DNA from: Nanobdellota archaeon
Lineage (GTDB): Archaea > Nanobdellota > Nanobdellia > Woesearchaeales > UBA11576
DNA: 64,000 bases
Direction of reading: 5' to 3'
Assembly: GCA_042576705.1 (NCBI GenBank)
Contig: JBHPEY010000001.1
Location: 72,980-136,979 of the forward strand
This document shows, one piece after another, positions 47,237 to 57,741 of the stretch (the stretch's first letter is position 1; each line of letters opens with the position of its first letter). The notes below the pieces were generated by a model that saw only the letters and a program-made list of their open reading frames with translations, was not told the origin of the DNA and did not search any database. A program made the position numbers and the translations under genes.

Positions 47237-47746
47237 TTGGAGAGTGTTTCTTTGAAAAGAAGACGGGGCAAGATTGAACGGCAATTGTATACGCTTCTGA
47301 ACAGGCTACAGGCTTATGTTCCGAACGCAGATGAACTAGGTGCGCTCGTAGGGTACTGCATAATAGAAAGCCTCCATGATTTCGATACAAATACAGGTTC
47401 TACGGAACAGGTCGAGTTTGAAGAGATCAAGGCAGTGTATAATGGTCTGGAGCAAGTCATCGAGTCAAGCAAAGAAAATGACGGTTATACGACACTGTGC
47501 GAGCTTAAGATGACTGCAGATCCCTGGATAATAGAATCACTCGAACCTGAGGCAGGGTATCAAAGAAAAAGCACTCTTGTCCAGATTGCGATGAACTACC
47601 TGCAAAGTTCCGGGAGAGATTTCCAGGACAAGCTCCGAAGGAAAGGGAAGCAGATAGTGTCAGATGTCACATCTCGCGGTCCGGTCACAGGAGCCAAGAA
47701 CAGCCTCTCTCGCGATTACAATCTAGTGAACATGATACTGAAATGA
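47237..47746 (+). CDS. Hypothetical helical protein
   Basis: 169 aa ORF, 14 nt upstream of the PhoH-like gene; start uncertain (TTG). Confidence 0.65.
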   Translation: MESVSLKRRRGKIERQLYTLLNRLQAYVPNADELGALVGYCIIESLHDFDTNTGSTEQVEFEEIKAVYNGLEQVIESSKENDGYTTLCELKMTADPWIIESLEPEAGYQRKSTLVQIAMNYLQSSGRDFQDKLRRKGKQIVSDVTSRGPVTGAKNSLSRDYNLVNMILK

Positions 47747-47760
47747 AAGGTGAAAGATAG

Positions 47761-49329
47761 TTGACTGAAGAATACAGACACATATTCATCCCACTGACTG
47801 ATGTGTACGAACTTGGGGGCACAGAAGCGTTCAAACATCTAGAGAGATCTCCTGAGAAAGGGGGGAAGAACCTGATGGTCGTCCCTATGACTTTTGTCAG
47901 CAATCTTGATGACATAATAACAAGGGAGTACAGCGAAGGTGCAGAAGCTGCGCTTAAAGTCCTGAAGGATCTTGACCAGACACCTCTAGATGACCATGAA
48001 GGTGTCAGGGTAAGCGAACTAACTCAGGGTCTTGACCTTGCTTTCATCGACAAACCCGCTCTGGATAAAGATCACTTCTCAATCACCAATCTTGTGAAGA
48101 AAATCCAGGAAGTATGGAAACAGGACACGCATAAACCTGAATTGATATCAAGCAGAGACAAGTACCATATCAAATTCAAAGGAAGAGGAATAAAAGTCCG
48201 CGATCCGCAATTCCTGCAAGTGACCGCAGATATCGTGAACGAAGGACTCATTGATGGTAACCCTTCACTGTTAGCAGAACTTCGGCAAAATAATCTAAGA
48301 GTCCCTCTGGAACAGGCAATACAGATAATGGGACGTGAACTCTACCCTAATCAGTTCTTAAGATTCGCAGGTAAAAAGTCAGGTTACGAATACGCAAGAG
48401 TCGCTTTCGAGCGCGAAATAAACCCTAAGACCAAAAGGGTGACAGGAATGATCAATGCTCGATTGGAATTACTCCGCGATTCAGAACATGGAAGACAAAT
48501 AAGTGTGGGAAAACAAATCAGAGATAACGTGCTAGGGATAGGACCTCTGGACATGGAACAATACCTTGCCATGCAGTACGGTCTTCTCAATCCTAATGTC
48601 GACCTGTTCTTCCTCTGCGGTTCAAAAGGTTCAGGAAAGACTCTCATGACCTACGCGTGCGTACTGGACCTTCTTCTGCATTATGATAAAGGACTCAGAC
48701 AAAAAAGAGGGATGAAAGGTGATGGAAAAGGAGGTTTCTTCAAACAGACAGTCCTCCTGAAACCAAACAGTCTCATGGGTGGAAAAGACAGAGACGTTGG
48801 CGCATTACCTGGCGACCTATACAAAAAACTTAAACCATTCCTCAACTCATACATTGACGCACACACAATGACAGTACTAGGAGATATATTCCCGTTTGAC
48901 GACCTGTTAAGACATCCAAAATACGATACTGATTTTGGTGCGCCAAGAAGTGAATTTTCAAAAAATAAGATACAAGACAGCGCTTACCTGCCTAACAACC
49001 GAGAGGTCATGGAGATGACATACTCAGGATTCATGAGAGGTAGGTCATTCTCAGATACACTCATAATACTCGACGAGACGCAGAGTTGGACGCCATACGA
49101 AGTCAAGACAATACTTGACAGAGCAGGATTGGGCTGCAAAGCACTTGTCCTTGGAGATCCTGCGCAGATAGACAACCCTGAGTGTACACCTGCGATGAAC
49201 GGACTCACCCATGCAATAAACCATTATGTCGGCAATCACTACGTCGCACTCATCAACCTGACACGCAACTACCGACATCCGATGTCTGAGGATTCAGAAG
49301 GATGGAACGCGCCAAGGAGAGGAAGGTAA
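47761..49329 (+). CDS. PhoH family ATPase with degenerate N-terminal PIN-like domain
   Basis: EQYLAMQ..LL, GSKGSGKT, GALPGDL..KL.P, FMRGRSF....IILDETQ..TPYEVKTIL.RAG...K...LGDP.QID. Confidence 0.88.
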   Translation: MTEEYRHIFIPLTDVYELGGTEAFKHLERSPEKGGKNLMVVPMTFVSNLDDIITREYSEGAEAALKVLKDLDQTPLDDHEGVRVSELTQGLDLAFIDKPALDKDHFSITNLVKKIQEVWKQDTHKPELISSRDKYHIKFKGRGIKVRDPQFLQVTADIVNEGLIDGNPSLLAELRQNNLRVPLEQAIQIMGRELYPNQFLRFAGKKSGYEYARVAFEREINPKTKRVTGMINARLELLRDSEHGRQISVGKQIRDNVLGIGPLDMEQYLAMQYGLLNPNVDLFFLCGSKGSGKTLMTYACVLDLLLHYDKGLRQKRGMKGDGKGGFFKQTVLLKPNSLMGGKDRDVGALPGDLYKKLKPFLNSYIDAHTMTVLGDIFPFDDLLRHPKYDTDFGAPRSEFSKNKIQDSAYLPNNREVMEMTYSGFMRGRSFSDTLIILDETQSWTPYEVKTILDRAGLGCKALVLGDPAQIDNPECTPAMNGLTHAINHYVGNHYVALINLTRNYRHPMSEDSEGWNAPRRGR

Positions 49330-49347
49330 ATAGTTATTGTTTTTTTT

Positions 49348-49625
49348 AATTCTTGATTCAGCTTTGGGAGCCGGACGGTTTTTTTAATTCTTAATTCAGC
49401 TTTGGTTATTGATTGATTTACAGGTATGACAATAGAGACAGTAGTAGCACCAAAGCTGAGGTAAAATTTGTTAGTATTGGATGGCGCAAGCCTGATTACG
49501 AGAGACGCAGCTGCTTTATGTGGATTTGTTTAGGCAGTTGCATTCGTAGCGTAAATTATATGCGGGGTAAGGCCTGCGGCCGGCATTTTAGTCAAACAGT
49601 TTGCAGCGACCTGGTGCTTGGTTAA
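49348..49625 (+). repeat. Dispersed element, copy E (38-bp partial 5' duplication)
   Basis: TCAGCTTTGGT(49396-406)-N42-ACCAAAGCTGA(49449-59); CAAGCCTGAT starts at 49487, 28 nt after the 10-bp box. Confidence 0.9.
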
Positions 49626-49661
49626 AATCATCTACACGAATGAGAAAAAGATAAAAAAATA

Positions 49662-52283
49662 TTACTTCTTGTCTTTCAAGGCTGCCTGTGCTGCTGCGAG
49701 TCTCGCTATCGGTACGCGGAACGGGGAACAGCTTACATAATCCAATCCTACTCTGTGGCAGAACTCTACGCTGCTGGGTTCGCCACCGTGCTCGCCGCAG
49801 ATGCCCAGCTTTATGTCTGGCCGGGCCTGCTTTCCTTTCTCTACTGCGGTTATGACGAGCTGGCCTACGCCTGTCTGGTCGAGGACCTGGAAGGGATCCT
49901 TCTCCAGTATGCCGTGCTCTATGTAGATGTTGACGAACTTGCCTACGTCGTCTCTTGAGAAACCCAGGGTCATCTGGGTCAGGTCGTTGGTGCCGAATGA
50001 AAAGAACTCTGCCTCCTTGGCTATCTCGTCGGCAGTCAGGGCTCCTCTTGGGACCTCAATCATCGTGCCTACAAGGTACTTGACTTTCTGGCTTGTCTCT
50101 TCCATGACTTTCTCTGCGGTCTTTATGACAACCTCTTTCTGGTGCCTGAACTCTGTTATGTTCCCTACGAGCGGTATCATCACTTCAGGGACTATGTCTT
50201 CTCCTTGTTTTGCTATGGCGCACGCTGCTTCGAAGATCGCTCTTGACTGCATCTCTGTGATTTCTGGATATGTTATTCCAAGTCGGCATCCTCGGTGGCC
50301 TAACATAGGATTGAGCTCGTGGAGCTCCTCTATCTTGTGCTTCAGCGTTTCAGGTGTTACTCCCAGCTCTTCTGCTATGCTCTTTATCTCTGCCTCGTCG
50401 GTCGGGAGGAACTCGTGCAGCGGGGGGTCCAGGAGGCGTATTGTTACCGGCAGTCCTTTCATGGCCTCGAAAAGTCCCTGGAAGTCTGCGCGCTGCAGGG
50501 GAAGGAGTTTTGCCAGGGCTTTCTCTCTTCCTGTCTTGTCCTTGGAAAGGATCATCTCACGCATAGCCCTTATCCTGTCGCCTTCGAAGAACATGTGCTC
50601 TGTCCTACAGAGGCCTATGCCCTGCGCGCCGAACTCTCTTGCTTTCCTTGAATCGTGAGGGGTGTCTGCATTGGTGCGGACCTTCATTGTCCTGAACTCG
50701 TCAGCCCATTCCATTATCTTTGCGAAGTCACCGCTCATCTCAGGGTCCTTTAGCGGAAGTTCGCCCTGATAGACTACACCTAGGGAACCGTCAAGGGTTA
50801 TGATGTCTCCTTTCTTTATTATGATGTCAGCGACAGTCATCGTCCCTGCTTTCTCTTCGATCCTGAGGTCGCTGCATCCTGCTACGCAGCACTTGCCCAT
50901 GCCTCTCGCGACTACTGCGGCGTGTGATGTCATGCCACCTCTTGCAGTGAGTATGCCTTGAGCTGCGTTCATGCCGATAAGGTCTTCCGGGCTGGTCTCT
51001 ATCCTTACGAGGATGACCTTTCTTCCTTCTGTTGCGAGGCGGTCTGCTTCTTCTGCGTCAAAGACTACCTCTCCTACTGCAGCGCCCGGGCTTGCTGGAA
51101 GTCCTTTGGCTATCTCTGTTGCTTTTGTCCTTGCGATGTCATCTATCTGCTTGTGAAGCAAGTGTTCTAGCTGGTTCGGGTCGACTCTTAGGATGGCTTC
51201 AGGTTTTGTGATGAGTCCTTCTTTCACCATCTCTACTGCGATTCTTACGGAAGACTCTGCGGTGCGTTTTCCTGTGCGGGTCTGGAGCATGAAGAGTTTG
51301 CCTTGCTGGACTGTGAACTCTACATCCTGCATCTCCTTGTAATGCTGTTCGAGCTTTGTACGGATATCGAGAAGTTCCTTGTAGCAGTCAGGCAGGACAT
51401 CGCCTAGCTTCTCTATCGTATTCGGGGTCCTTATTCCTGCCACTACATCCTCTCCCTGCGCGTTTACGAGAAATTCACCATAGAAGCGGTTCTCTCCTGT
51501 CGCTGGGTTCCTTGTGAAACAGACGCCAGTGGCTGAGGTATCTCCCATGTTGCCGAAGACCATGGTCTGGACATTGACTGCGGTGCCTTTGAGTCCGTTT
51601 ATGTCGTTGAGCTTTCTATATAGTGTCGCTCTTGGGTTGTTCCATGAGCCGAAGACAGCATCGACTGACATCTGAAGCTGCTTTCTTGGGTCGCTTGGGA
51701 AGGATTCTCCTTTTTCGGTCTGGACAACCTGCTTGAATCTTGCTACGACGTCTTTCAGGTCTGCTGCTTCTAGTTCAGAATCGTATTCAACACCTTTAGT
51801 CTCCTTGACTCTTTCTAATTGTGCTTCGAATTTGCTGCCTTCAATACCCATGACAACATTGCCGAACATCTGGATGAATCTTCTGTATGCGTCCCAGGCG
51901 AATCTTTCATTGCCTGACTTTGCTGCAAGGCCTGCCACTGACAGGTCATTCATACCCAGATTCAGTACAGTGTCCATCATGCCAGGCATTGATATCGCTG
52001 CGCCAGATCTTACTGATACAAGAAGCGGGTCTTCCGGGTCTCCCAGCTTCTTCCCGGTCTTGGTCTCCAGCTCCCTGAGCTTTGTCTCCATCTCTGCGAG
52101 GATCTCTGGAGTGTGCGCCTTGTTGTTCTTATAATAAAGGTCACAGACCTCTGTCGTGATCGTGAAACCTGGCGGGACAGGGATGCCTATGGAACTCATC
52201 TCAGCAAGGTTTGCACCCTTGCCTCCGAGCGTGTCTTTCATATCCTTGTTCCCTTCATCGAAACTGTATACATATTTGGCCAT
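49662..52283 (-). CDS. ppdK: Pyruvate, phosphate dikinase
   Basis: [28 protein letters not shown] (phospho-His), [24 protein letters not shown]. Confidence 0.98.
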   Translation of the reverse strand: MAKYVYSFDEGNKDMKDTLGGKGANLAEMSSIGIPVPPGFTITTEVCDLYYKNNKAHTPEILAEMETKLRELETKTGKKLGDPEDPLLVSVRSGAAISMPGMMDTVLNLGMNDLSVAGLAAKSGNERFAWDAYRRFIQMFGNVVMGIEGSKFEAQLERVKETKGVEYDSELEAADLKDVVARFKQVVQTEKGESFPSDPRKQLQMSVDAVFGSWNNPRATLYRKLNDINGLKGTAVNVQTMVFGNMGDTSATGVCFTRNPATGENRFYGEFLVNAQGEDVVAGIRTPNTIEKLGDVLPDCYKELLDIRTKLEQHYKEMQDVEFTVQQGKLFMLQTRTGKRTAESSVRIAVEMVKEGLITKPEAILRVDPNQLEHLLHKQIDDIARTKATEIAKGLPASPGAAVGEVVFDAEEADRLATEGRKVILVRIETSPEDLIGMNAAQGILTARGGMTSHAAVVARGMGKCCVAGCSDLRIEEKAGTMTVADIIIKKGDIITLDGSLGVVYQGELPLKDPEMSGDFAKIMEWADEFRTMKVRTNADTPHDSRKAREFGAQGIGLCRTEHMFFEGDRIRAMREMILSKDKTGREKALAKLLPLQRADFQGLFEAMKGLPVTIRLLDPPLHEFLPTDEAEIKSIAEELGVTPETLKHKIEELHELNPMLGHRGCRLGITYPEITEMQSRAIFEAACAIAKQGEDIVPEVMIPLVGNITEFRHQKEVVIKTAEKVMEETSQKVKYLVGTMIEVPRGALTADEIAKEAEFFSFGTNDLTQMTLGFSRDDVGKFVNIYIEHGILEKDPFQVLDQTGVGQLVITAVEKGKQARPDIKLGICGEHGGEPSSVEFCHRVGLDYVSCSPFRVPIARLAAAQAALKDKK

Positions 52284-52508
52284 CTCAATCTCCTCTTTGA
52301 CATATCACATTGGATAGAATCATCATATCTAATCTGATGCCTCTTCATATCACTTTAAGACAAGGTTGAAGCCAGGGTTTTCTTATAAAAAGGTTTTGGT
52401 GTGTTGTGGTCTGCAGGTTTAAAAAAAGGAAATATTCTTAAATAACCTGGTCCCATTTCCTTGAGAAAAGGGTGAATTCTAGTATATCCAGTACAAGAGG
52501 CGTAAGAC

Positions 52509-54068
52509 ATGATAGGACCGAAGAGACTTACAGAAGAAGATAAAGCCAGAATTTCCAAAGAATGCTCCAGCCTGGAGGCTGAGCTGGAGCTGCTTGATGC
52601 AGAGGCCCATAGACGTTACTTTAAACTCCTCAAGATGACACAAAGGTTCGACTCTGAGCTTACTGATCTCCTCAAGGAGCACGGCACTGAAGACACCATA
52701 GGGATAACAAAGCAGAGCGTGACATTCAACACATTCATCGCAGACGGCAGGTCCAGTTTCGGGGAACGCGAGTGCAGGTGGATCCATTATGCAGGCGCGA
52801 CAGAAACAAAACACTTCAAGGCAATGCTTAAGAGAAAGGAAGAAGGCGGGCTTCCTGAAGACTACCAGGAAAGGCTGGATGCGCTCTGCCTGAACTATGC
52901 CCGGTCCTGGATACCATATGTCCAGGGGACATCAGAGGCAGAGGATGCAGGGCTCAGGGAGATCCCCATCATACCTCTTCAACTCAGGCACCAACTAGCT
53001 GTCGACAGGCTGCTTGGCCTCACTGTTGTCGAAGACACCTGCGGACAGGACAGGAAGGATACTGCACTGCTCTGCATCACAGACCCGAAGCTCAATGCCG
53101 TGTCCATCGTTGAAGCCAACATCGACCGAAGGCTCAGGATATCATCCCTAGGGATATACTACCCCCACTACGAACTGAGGGCCAAACCTGAAGAGCCCAC
53201 CATAACAACAATCATGAGACAGCCGGAAGTCGCTGCGTTCCTCTACCTATTCTCTCACAAGAACAATGCTAATGTCTATGTTGTGCATCACCCTTCAACC
53301 AGGTTCTTTGTCGATGCTATCGGCGACCATGTCTGCAGCAAGATGATGGGATTCTACAGTGCCCCGCGAAGGCTAGACACACCCAAAGATGCCCTGGGAG
53401 CACGCCTTGGTGAAGAGCTGCTGGAGATGCTCCGCGGAAGCGGGCTTGCAGAGAGACTCCAGGATGCAGAACCTGTGTTCAGCCCTTCAATCTACAGGCA
53501 GGAACCTTCAACAGTAGAGCCCACTGAAGAAGAGAAGGCCAGCATGGCACAGCAGGTGGAACAGCTCAGGGAAGTATTGGTGGCAGTCAACACAGAAGCG
53601 AAGAGAAAGAGCGAGTATGTCAATCGGAAGACAGCAGAGTATCAGAAAACCTATCGCAAGACCCTCACAGAAGGCTTCAAGAAAGTGGACGGGAATCCTG
53701 CCCCTGAAAGAAAGGTGCACTTCAACCCATCCGGCATCATGAACCTCCCATTCGATGACTGCGTATGCAAGTACGAGATCGGCTATACCTGGTGGGACAG
53801 GACACACTCATTCTCAGACATAATAGCCAAATGGCAATTAGAGGATCCTGAACTGCCTGCAGAATTATTTGAGGATGTAAACCCAGGATTCGGCAATATA
53901 TGGATGCAATACGTGAATGATGTCAGGAAATACGTGTTCGGAAAGACAGATGGTGATGATGTCTCAGAGATGGGTGTCCAGCAGCTGTCCTCAAAGGCTG
54001 GCGAGCTCAAGAGAAAGATTGAGGCTTACGAATCTGGCGAACTTGCTGCAGCCATAAGCAAGAACTGA
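52509..54068 (+). CDS. Large orphan hypothetical protein
   Basis: 519 aa open frame, coiled-coil-like at both ends; no family recognised. Confidence 0.75.
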   Translation: MIGPKRLTEEDKARISKECSSLEAELELLDAEAHRRYFKLLKMTQRFDSELTDLLKEHGTEDTIGITKQSVTFNTFIADGRSSFGERECRWIHYAGATETKHFKAMLKRKEEGGLPEDYQERLDALCLNYARSWIPYVQGTSEAEDAGLREIPIIPLQLRHQLAVDRLLGLTVVEDTCGQDRKDTALLCITDPKLNAVSIVEANIDRRLRISSLGIYYPHYELRAKPEEPTITTIMRQPEVAAFLYLFSHKNNANVYVVHHPSTRFFVDAIGDHVCSKMMGFYSAPRRLDTPKDALGARLGEELLEMLRGSGLAERLQDAEPVFSPSIYRQEPSTVEPTEEEKASMAQQVEQLREVLVAVNTEAKRKSEYVNRKTAEYQKTYRKTLTEGFKKVDGNPAPERKVHFNPSGIMNLPFDDCVCKYEIGYTWWDRTHSFSDIIAKWQLEDPELPAELFEDVNPGFGNIWMQYVNDVRKYVFGKTDGDDVSEMGVQQLSSKAGELKRKIEAYESGELAAAISKN

Positions 54069-54132
54069 GAGAAAATATCTCTTTCCATATGTGCCAGAAA
54101 GCCTTAAATAATTCTATGCGTTGAAAATCTGC

Positions 54133-54753
54133 ATGAAACGGGTAGCATTCCACGGGACCAGAAACCTCAGCGAGATCATACATAATGAGGCTATAGTATG
54201 TCCCAGCCTCCAGACAGGAGAGGCTCTGTTTGAGAGGCATTCTGAGATATACAACAGGCTTGTCAGGGAGTTCGCTGAAAAGATAAAGGACAAGCTCAGG
54301 GAGCAGGGCAAGAGCCTGGAAAACGAGCCGTACTATGCCGCGTCAAACCGCACAGATTACATACTCGCAGATATAGTGATGCAGAACTATCATTTCTTTG
54401 GTGTGTCAGGTGATGCTGCCAGCAGATTCAAGGAGATGCGCAGGGGCGTGAACGTGTTCCTGTCCAATTATCTTGTCGCGGCGAATTATGCGCAAGGTCT
54501 GGAAAAGGGAGTGCTTGAATGCGTGATCGATTACACAAAGGTGACTAGCCAGCTGGACAATGGGTGGACGCTGTTCCCAGGCAGGGTAGGTCTTGATGAT
54601 GTGCGGTGTGTCTATGTTGAACCGTTCAATTCAAGAAGAGTGCGCACAGAACTAAGAAAGAAAGGATATGATACGCCTGTGAGAGATATCAACAGGAGGG
54701 TAGAAGTCAGTTTTAATGAAGTCAGTACTTTGCCTTCACAGCCTTATCGCTGA
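54133..54753 (+). CDS. Putative ADP-ribosyltransferase-fold protein
   Basis: AFHGT near the N-terminus, then GVNVFLS....AANYA.....VLECVID; start moved to ATG 54133; 3' end overlaps ZPR1 convergently. Confidence 0.6.
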   Translation: MKRVAFHGTRNLSEIIHNEAIVCPSLQTGEALFERHSEIYNRLVREFAEKIKDKLREQGKSLENEPYYAASNRTDYILADIVMQNYHFFGVSGDAASRFKEMRRGVNVFLSNYLVAANYAQGLEKGVLECVIDYTKVTSQLDNGWTLFPGRVGLDDVRCVYVEPFNSRRVRTELRKKGYDTPVRDINRRVEVSFNEVSTLPSQPYR

Positions 54754-55243
54754 TTATTGCAGAATTTCCAGTGCGGTCTTCTATAATGAGCTTGAGGGAT
54801 TCCTGGCCCCACATGACCCTGCCCAGTTTCTTTAGCATGTTCTTTGCCTTCTTCTTTTCAGAGTCGTCTTCTGCTTCGTCCTTGAGTTTTTCGATGACAT
54901 CCTTGAACCTTGTCAGGACGCCTTCTACATTCGATATGAAGCCTTCAGCATTGGCGCCAGGTTCCAGCGTGCCTATCCTTGGGATCTTTATCACGCCTTC
55001 GCTGGAACGTACTACCCGTATCTTCATGTCTTCTTCAGACTTGATGTCTAATGTGAACCTGGCTCCTGGTTTCTGTTCTGCGCATTCTATGTCTGACTTG
55101 TTGTATTTACAGTTGGAGCAGTTCATGCCGAAAAGAAATACTTTTCCGAAGTACGGGATCTCTACTTCCTCCTCGCTTAGAGTCAGGTTCGGGGTGTGGC
55201 AGAAGGGACACATTTCACCTGCCAGTGTTTCTGGGTCTCCCAT
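54722..55243 (-). CDS. ZPR1 zinc-finger domain protein
   Basis: CPFC...EIPYFG......C.NC.Y...D, VVRSS, IEPG...GFISNVEGVL.RF, D..GNSAI. Confidence 0.93.
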   Translation of the reverse strand: MGDPETLAGEMCPFCHTPNLTLSEEEVEIPYFGKVFLFGMNCSNCKYNKSDIECAEQKPGARFTLDIKSEEDMKIRVVRSSEGVIKIPRIGTLEPGANAEGFISNVEGVLTRFKDVIEKLKDEAEDDSEKKKAKNMLKKLGRVMWGQESLKLIIEDRTGNSAIISDKAVKAKY

Positions 55244-55400
55244 GTTTGTGCAGTAAGGGAGAAAAATTTATAAACGTTTTGATTGTGTTTTAAAGAAGGA
55301 TATTTCTCGTCGAAGGTTCGGATTTTGTGATTATTTTTTCGATTTGGGTCCGAATTGTCAGGTTGGATGTTGTTGGGTGGCGTTCAGTCACATAATCGAT

Positions 55401-55560
55401 ATGGCCTTTCGTGGAAAGGCACTGCGATGAGTTTAGCATAGACATTCAAGAATTGGGCGCGGTTTTTGCGACTCTGACAGCTCAGTCTTTGCTAGTATAA
55501 GGGGGGTGCTTCAGGCTCTGCCTGACGGCTTGCCGAATCTTCGATTCGGGAAGAGGCCAT
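55401..55560. ncRNA. Candidate GC-rich multibranch structured element
   Basis: ATGGCC(55401)/GGCCAT(55555) encloses GCCTTTC-GTG-GAAAGGC, TCAGGC-TCT-GCCTGA and CCGAATC-TTC-GATTCGG hairpins. Confidence 0.25.
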
Positions 55561-55745
55561 TTCGGTTTCCAGGGCGGGGGGCGGGAGAGCTACGAAACTT
55601 GTATAATTTACAATACTTAATTTTCTCAAAATACACTATTCGCAACAGAATCCGCCAAAACATAAAATCCAATGCAACAAATCAACACAGCTCTAACTCT
55701 ACAGCACCATCTTCAAGAAAAAGAAATCGTTAAAAAACAAAATAA

Positions 55746-56165
55746 TTACAGATCGTCTGCTGGTGCGTCGAAGTCGTGCGGTATCTCTGTTGACTCCCTG
55801 AATATCTGCGCGAAGCTTGGTGTCAGGGCTATCCAGTCATCACCGAATCCGGCAATGTCGCCTTCCACTGCTTCACAGGTCTTCTTCAGCTTGTTGATCG
55901 CCCGCTTCAGCTCTACCAGGTCCTTGTCCTTTAATGGCCTGATGTTAACCAGGCTGATCGTATATCCTTCCCTCAGCGCATCAAGAATCGGCTTGATATC
56001 ACCGAACTCCTCAATCACAAAAGGCCTCACAGTGATCCTTTCTTTTGATGGAGCAGAAACACCTTCAGGAGGAATCTCGACATAACCCTCTTCGCTTTCG
56101 CCAGGAAGCTGGAAATCATCAGAACGGGAAAACCTGCTCTTAATCTTGCCTATAAGCCTCTTCAT
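55746..56165 (-). CDS. sepF: Cell division protein SepF
   Basis: F.DIK.ILD.LREG..I.LVNI.PL......LKRAINKLK......GDIAG......TP. Confidence 0.88.
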   Translation of the reverse strand: MKRLIGKIKSRFSRSDDFQLPGESEEGYVEIPPEGVSAPSKERITVRPFVIEEFGDIKPILDALREGYTISLVNIRPLKDKDLVELKRAINKLKKTCEAVEGDIAGFGDDWIALTPSFAQIFRESTEIPHDFDAPADDL

Positions 56166-56495
56166 GGTCGTGCCTCCTATTTTTGTGAAACATGAAACGT
56201 TCCAAAACCCCTTCTTACGAGAAATACCCTGTTAATGAAATATTTAAACCTTTCGTTTTATCTGAGATTTGTTAGTATTTTAGAATAGGTAATTTTCTCG
56301 GGCTAAACACGGGAGAAGATGTGTTACGAAGGGAACACGAAATCAGGCTTTAGAAGCGTTTTAGAGGCTTTTTTCGGTTCTTTCTTGCCCGGGTTTATCT
56401 GCCATACATGCAAACAAAACCTTTTTATATCACTGCCAATTCAGGATTGCTAATTGAAACAGATTTAACTACATTATGTTATAAAGGTGCTTATT

Positions 56496-56786
56496 ATGAC
56501 GACAAGAATTGGGGGTATGCGAAGAAAGACTCGCAGTAAGCTCAAGAAAGACATTAGAGATAAGGGCAAGATCAGCCTGAGAAACTTCCTTCAGAAGCTG
56601 GAGGAAGGGGACCAGGTAAGGCTGCAGGCAGAACCCGCATACCAGAAAGGGATGTACTACCCGAGATTCCACGGAAAGGTCGGGGTAGTCAAAAGAAAGC
56701 AGGGAGACTGCTACAGCGTAACGATCAAAGACCACAACAAGGAAAAGCTTCTTGTTGTGCATCCAGTGCACCTGAGGAAGGTATAA
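56496..56786 (+). CDS. rpl21e: 50S ribosomal protein L21e
   Basis: RRKTR.KL.K..R.KG, G.Y..RFHGKVG.V....G..Y.V.I.D....K.L.VHPVHL. Confidence 0.95.
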   Translation: MTTRIGGMRRKTRSKLKKDIRDKGKISLRNFLQKLEEGDQVRLQAEPAYQKGMYYPRFHGKVGVVKRKQGDCYSVTIKDHNKEKLLVVHPVHLRKV

Positions 56787-57139
56787 TGACAAAGCCAGTA
56801 ATCGAGACCGAGACGCCAATCACGATGTCTGAATTGAAGGACGAGCTCAAGAAGATCAAGAAAAGGGATGAAGAGCTAAACTTCAGGGCAGAGAAGACAG
56901 AGGAATACCTGTCACAGTTTGTCGATCTCAAGGATAAAGAGGCGAAAGCACTCATCAAGAAGCTTGAAGCGCTGGACGTACCCAGGCTCAGGCCTGAACA
57001 CATAGTCAAACTTGTGGATATACTGCCCGCGACCATAGATGAGGTGAAGCTAGTCCTACAGGGCTACACAATAACAGTAACTAAAGAGAACTTGAAAAGG
57101 ATTGCAGATGCCATCAAAGATTCGATTGTCAAAGAGTAA
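56786..57139 (+). CDS. rpoF: RNA polymerase subunit F (Rpo4)
   Basis: EL...K....EL.F....T.EYL..F, KLVDILP.T.DE.K.VL; conserved position after rpl21e. Confidence 0.85.
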   Translation: MTKPVIETETPITMSELKDELKKIKKRDEELNFRAEKTEEYLSQFVDLKDKEAKALIKKLEALDVPRLRPEHIVKLVDILPATIDEVKLVLQGYTITVTKENLKRIADAIKDSIVKE

Positions 57140-57157
57140 ATACGGAAATATTGGAAA

Positions 57158-57724
57158 ATGGAACAGCCAATGCAGAGAGAGAAGGAAGAAGAAGCTATCG
57201 TGCTGGACTTCCTTCCGAACGGGTATCCATTCGACAGTAGGCCGAGCCATCTGAAGACTCCGATAGTGCAGGCTATCGGAAAAAAGCGTTTCACACTTCT
57301 TGAATTATGTCCTAAGAAAGGCGTGTTCTTACAACCCAACCAAGAGGTCTATATAGGGGAAGGTAAACGGGAGCAGATACATCACATCCTGGGTAAATTG
57401 CAGTATGATAAGCTGACCAATACTGGAATAAGCACTCTTGAGTTCGTGATCAAGGACATGGTGAAGGCCCGTGAGAAGAATCTTGTGGAGTTCTTCAACA
57501 AGGCACAGCCGATCACTATCCGTATGCATCAGCTGGAGCTTTTGCCAGGATTAGGCAAGAAGCATATGAATGCTATAATTGAGGCCCGGGAGGATAAGGA
57601 TTTTGATAGTTTTGAGGATCTTAAGAGCAGGGTGAAACTGATACCCGACCCTGAGAAGACCATCACGCGCAGGATATTGTTGGAGATGGAAGGGAAGGAG
57701 AAGTGGCATCTGTTTACTGATTAG
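57158..57724 (+). CDS. DUF655 family putative RNA-binding protein
   Basis: A.VLDFL..G, QAIG...FTLLE, VYIG.GKR, FFN.A.PIT.RMHQLELLPGLGKK. Confidence 0.92.
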   Translation: MEQPMQREKEEEAIVLDFLPNGYPFDSRPSHLKTPIVQAIGKKRFTLLELCPKKGVFLQPNQEVYIGEGKREQIHHILGKLQYDKLTNTGISTLEFVIKDMVKAREKNLVEFFNKAQPITIRMHQLELLPGLGKKHMNAIIEAREDKDFDSFEDLKSRVKLIPDPEKTITRRILLEMEGKEKWHLFTD

Positions 57725-57741
57725 TTCTGTTTTAATATACA

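Noticed and set aside
55500-55530. SRP RNA helix 8 (TCAGG...AAGCA on the minus strand; also TCAGGGAAGCAGC at 788-800)
   Set aside because: The intervening bases do not form the stem plus GNRA tetraloop in register.
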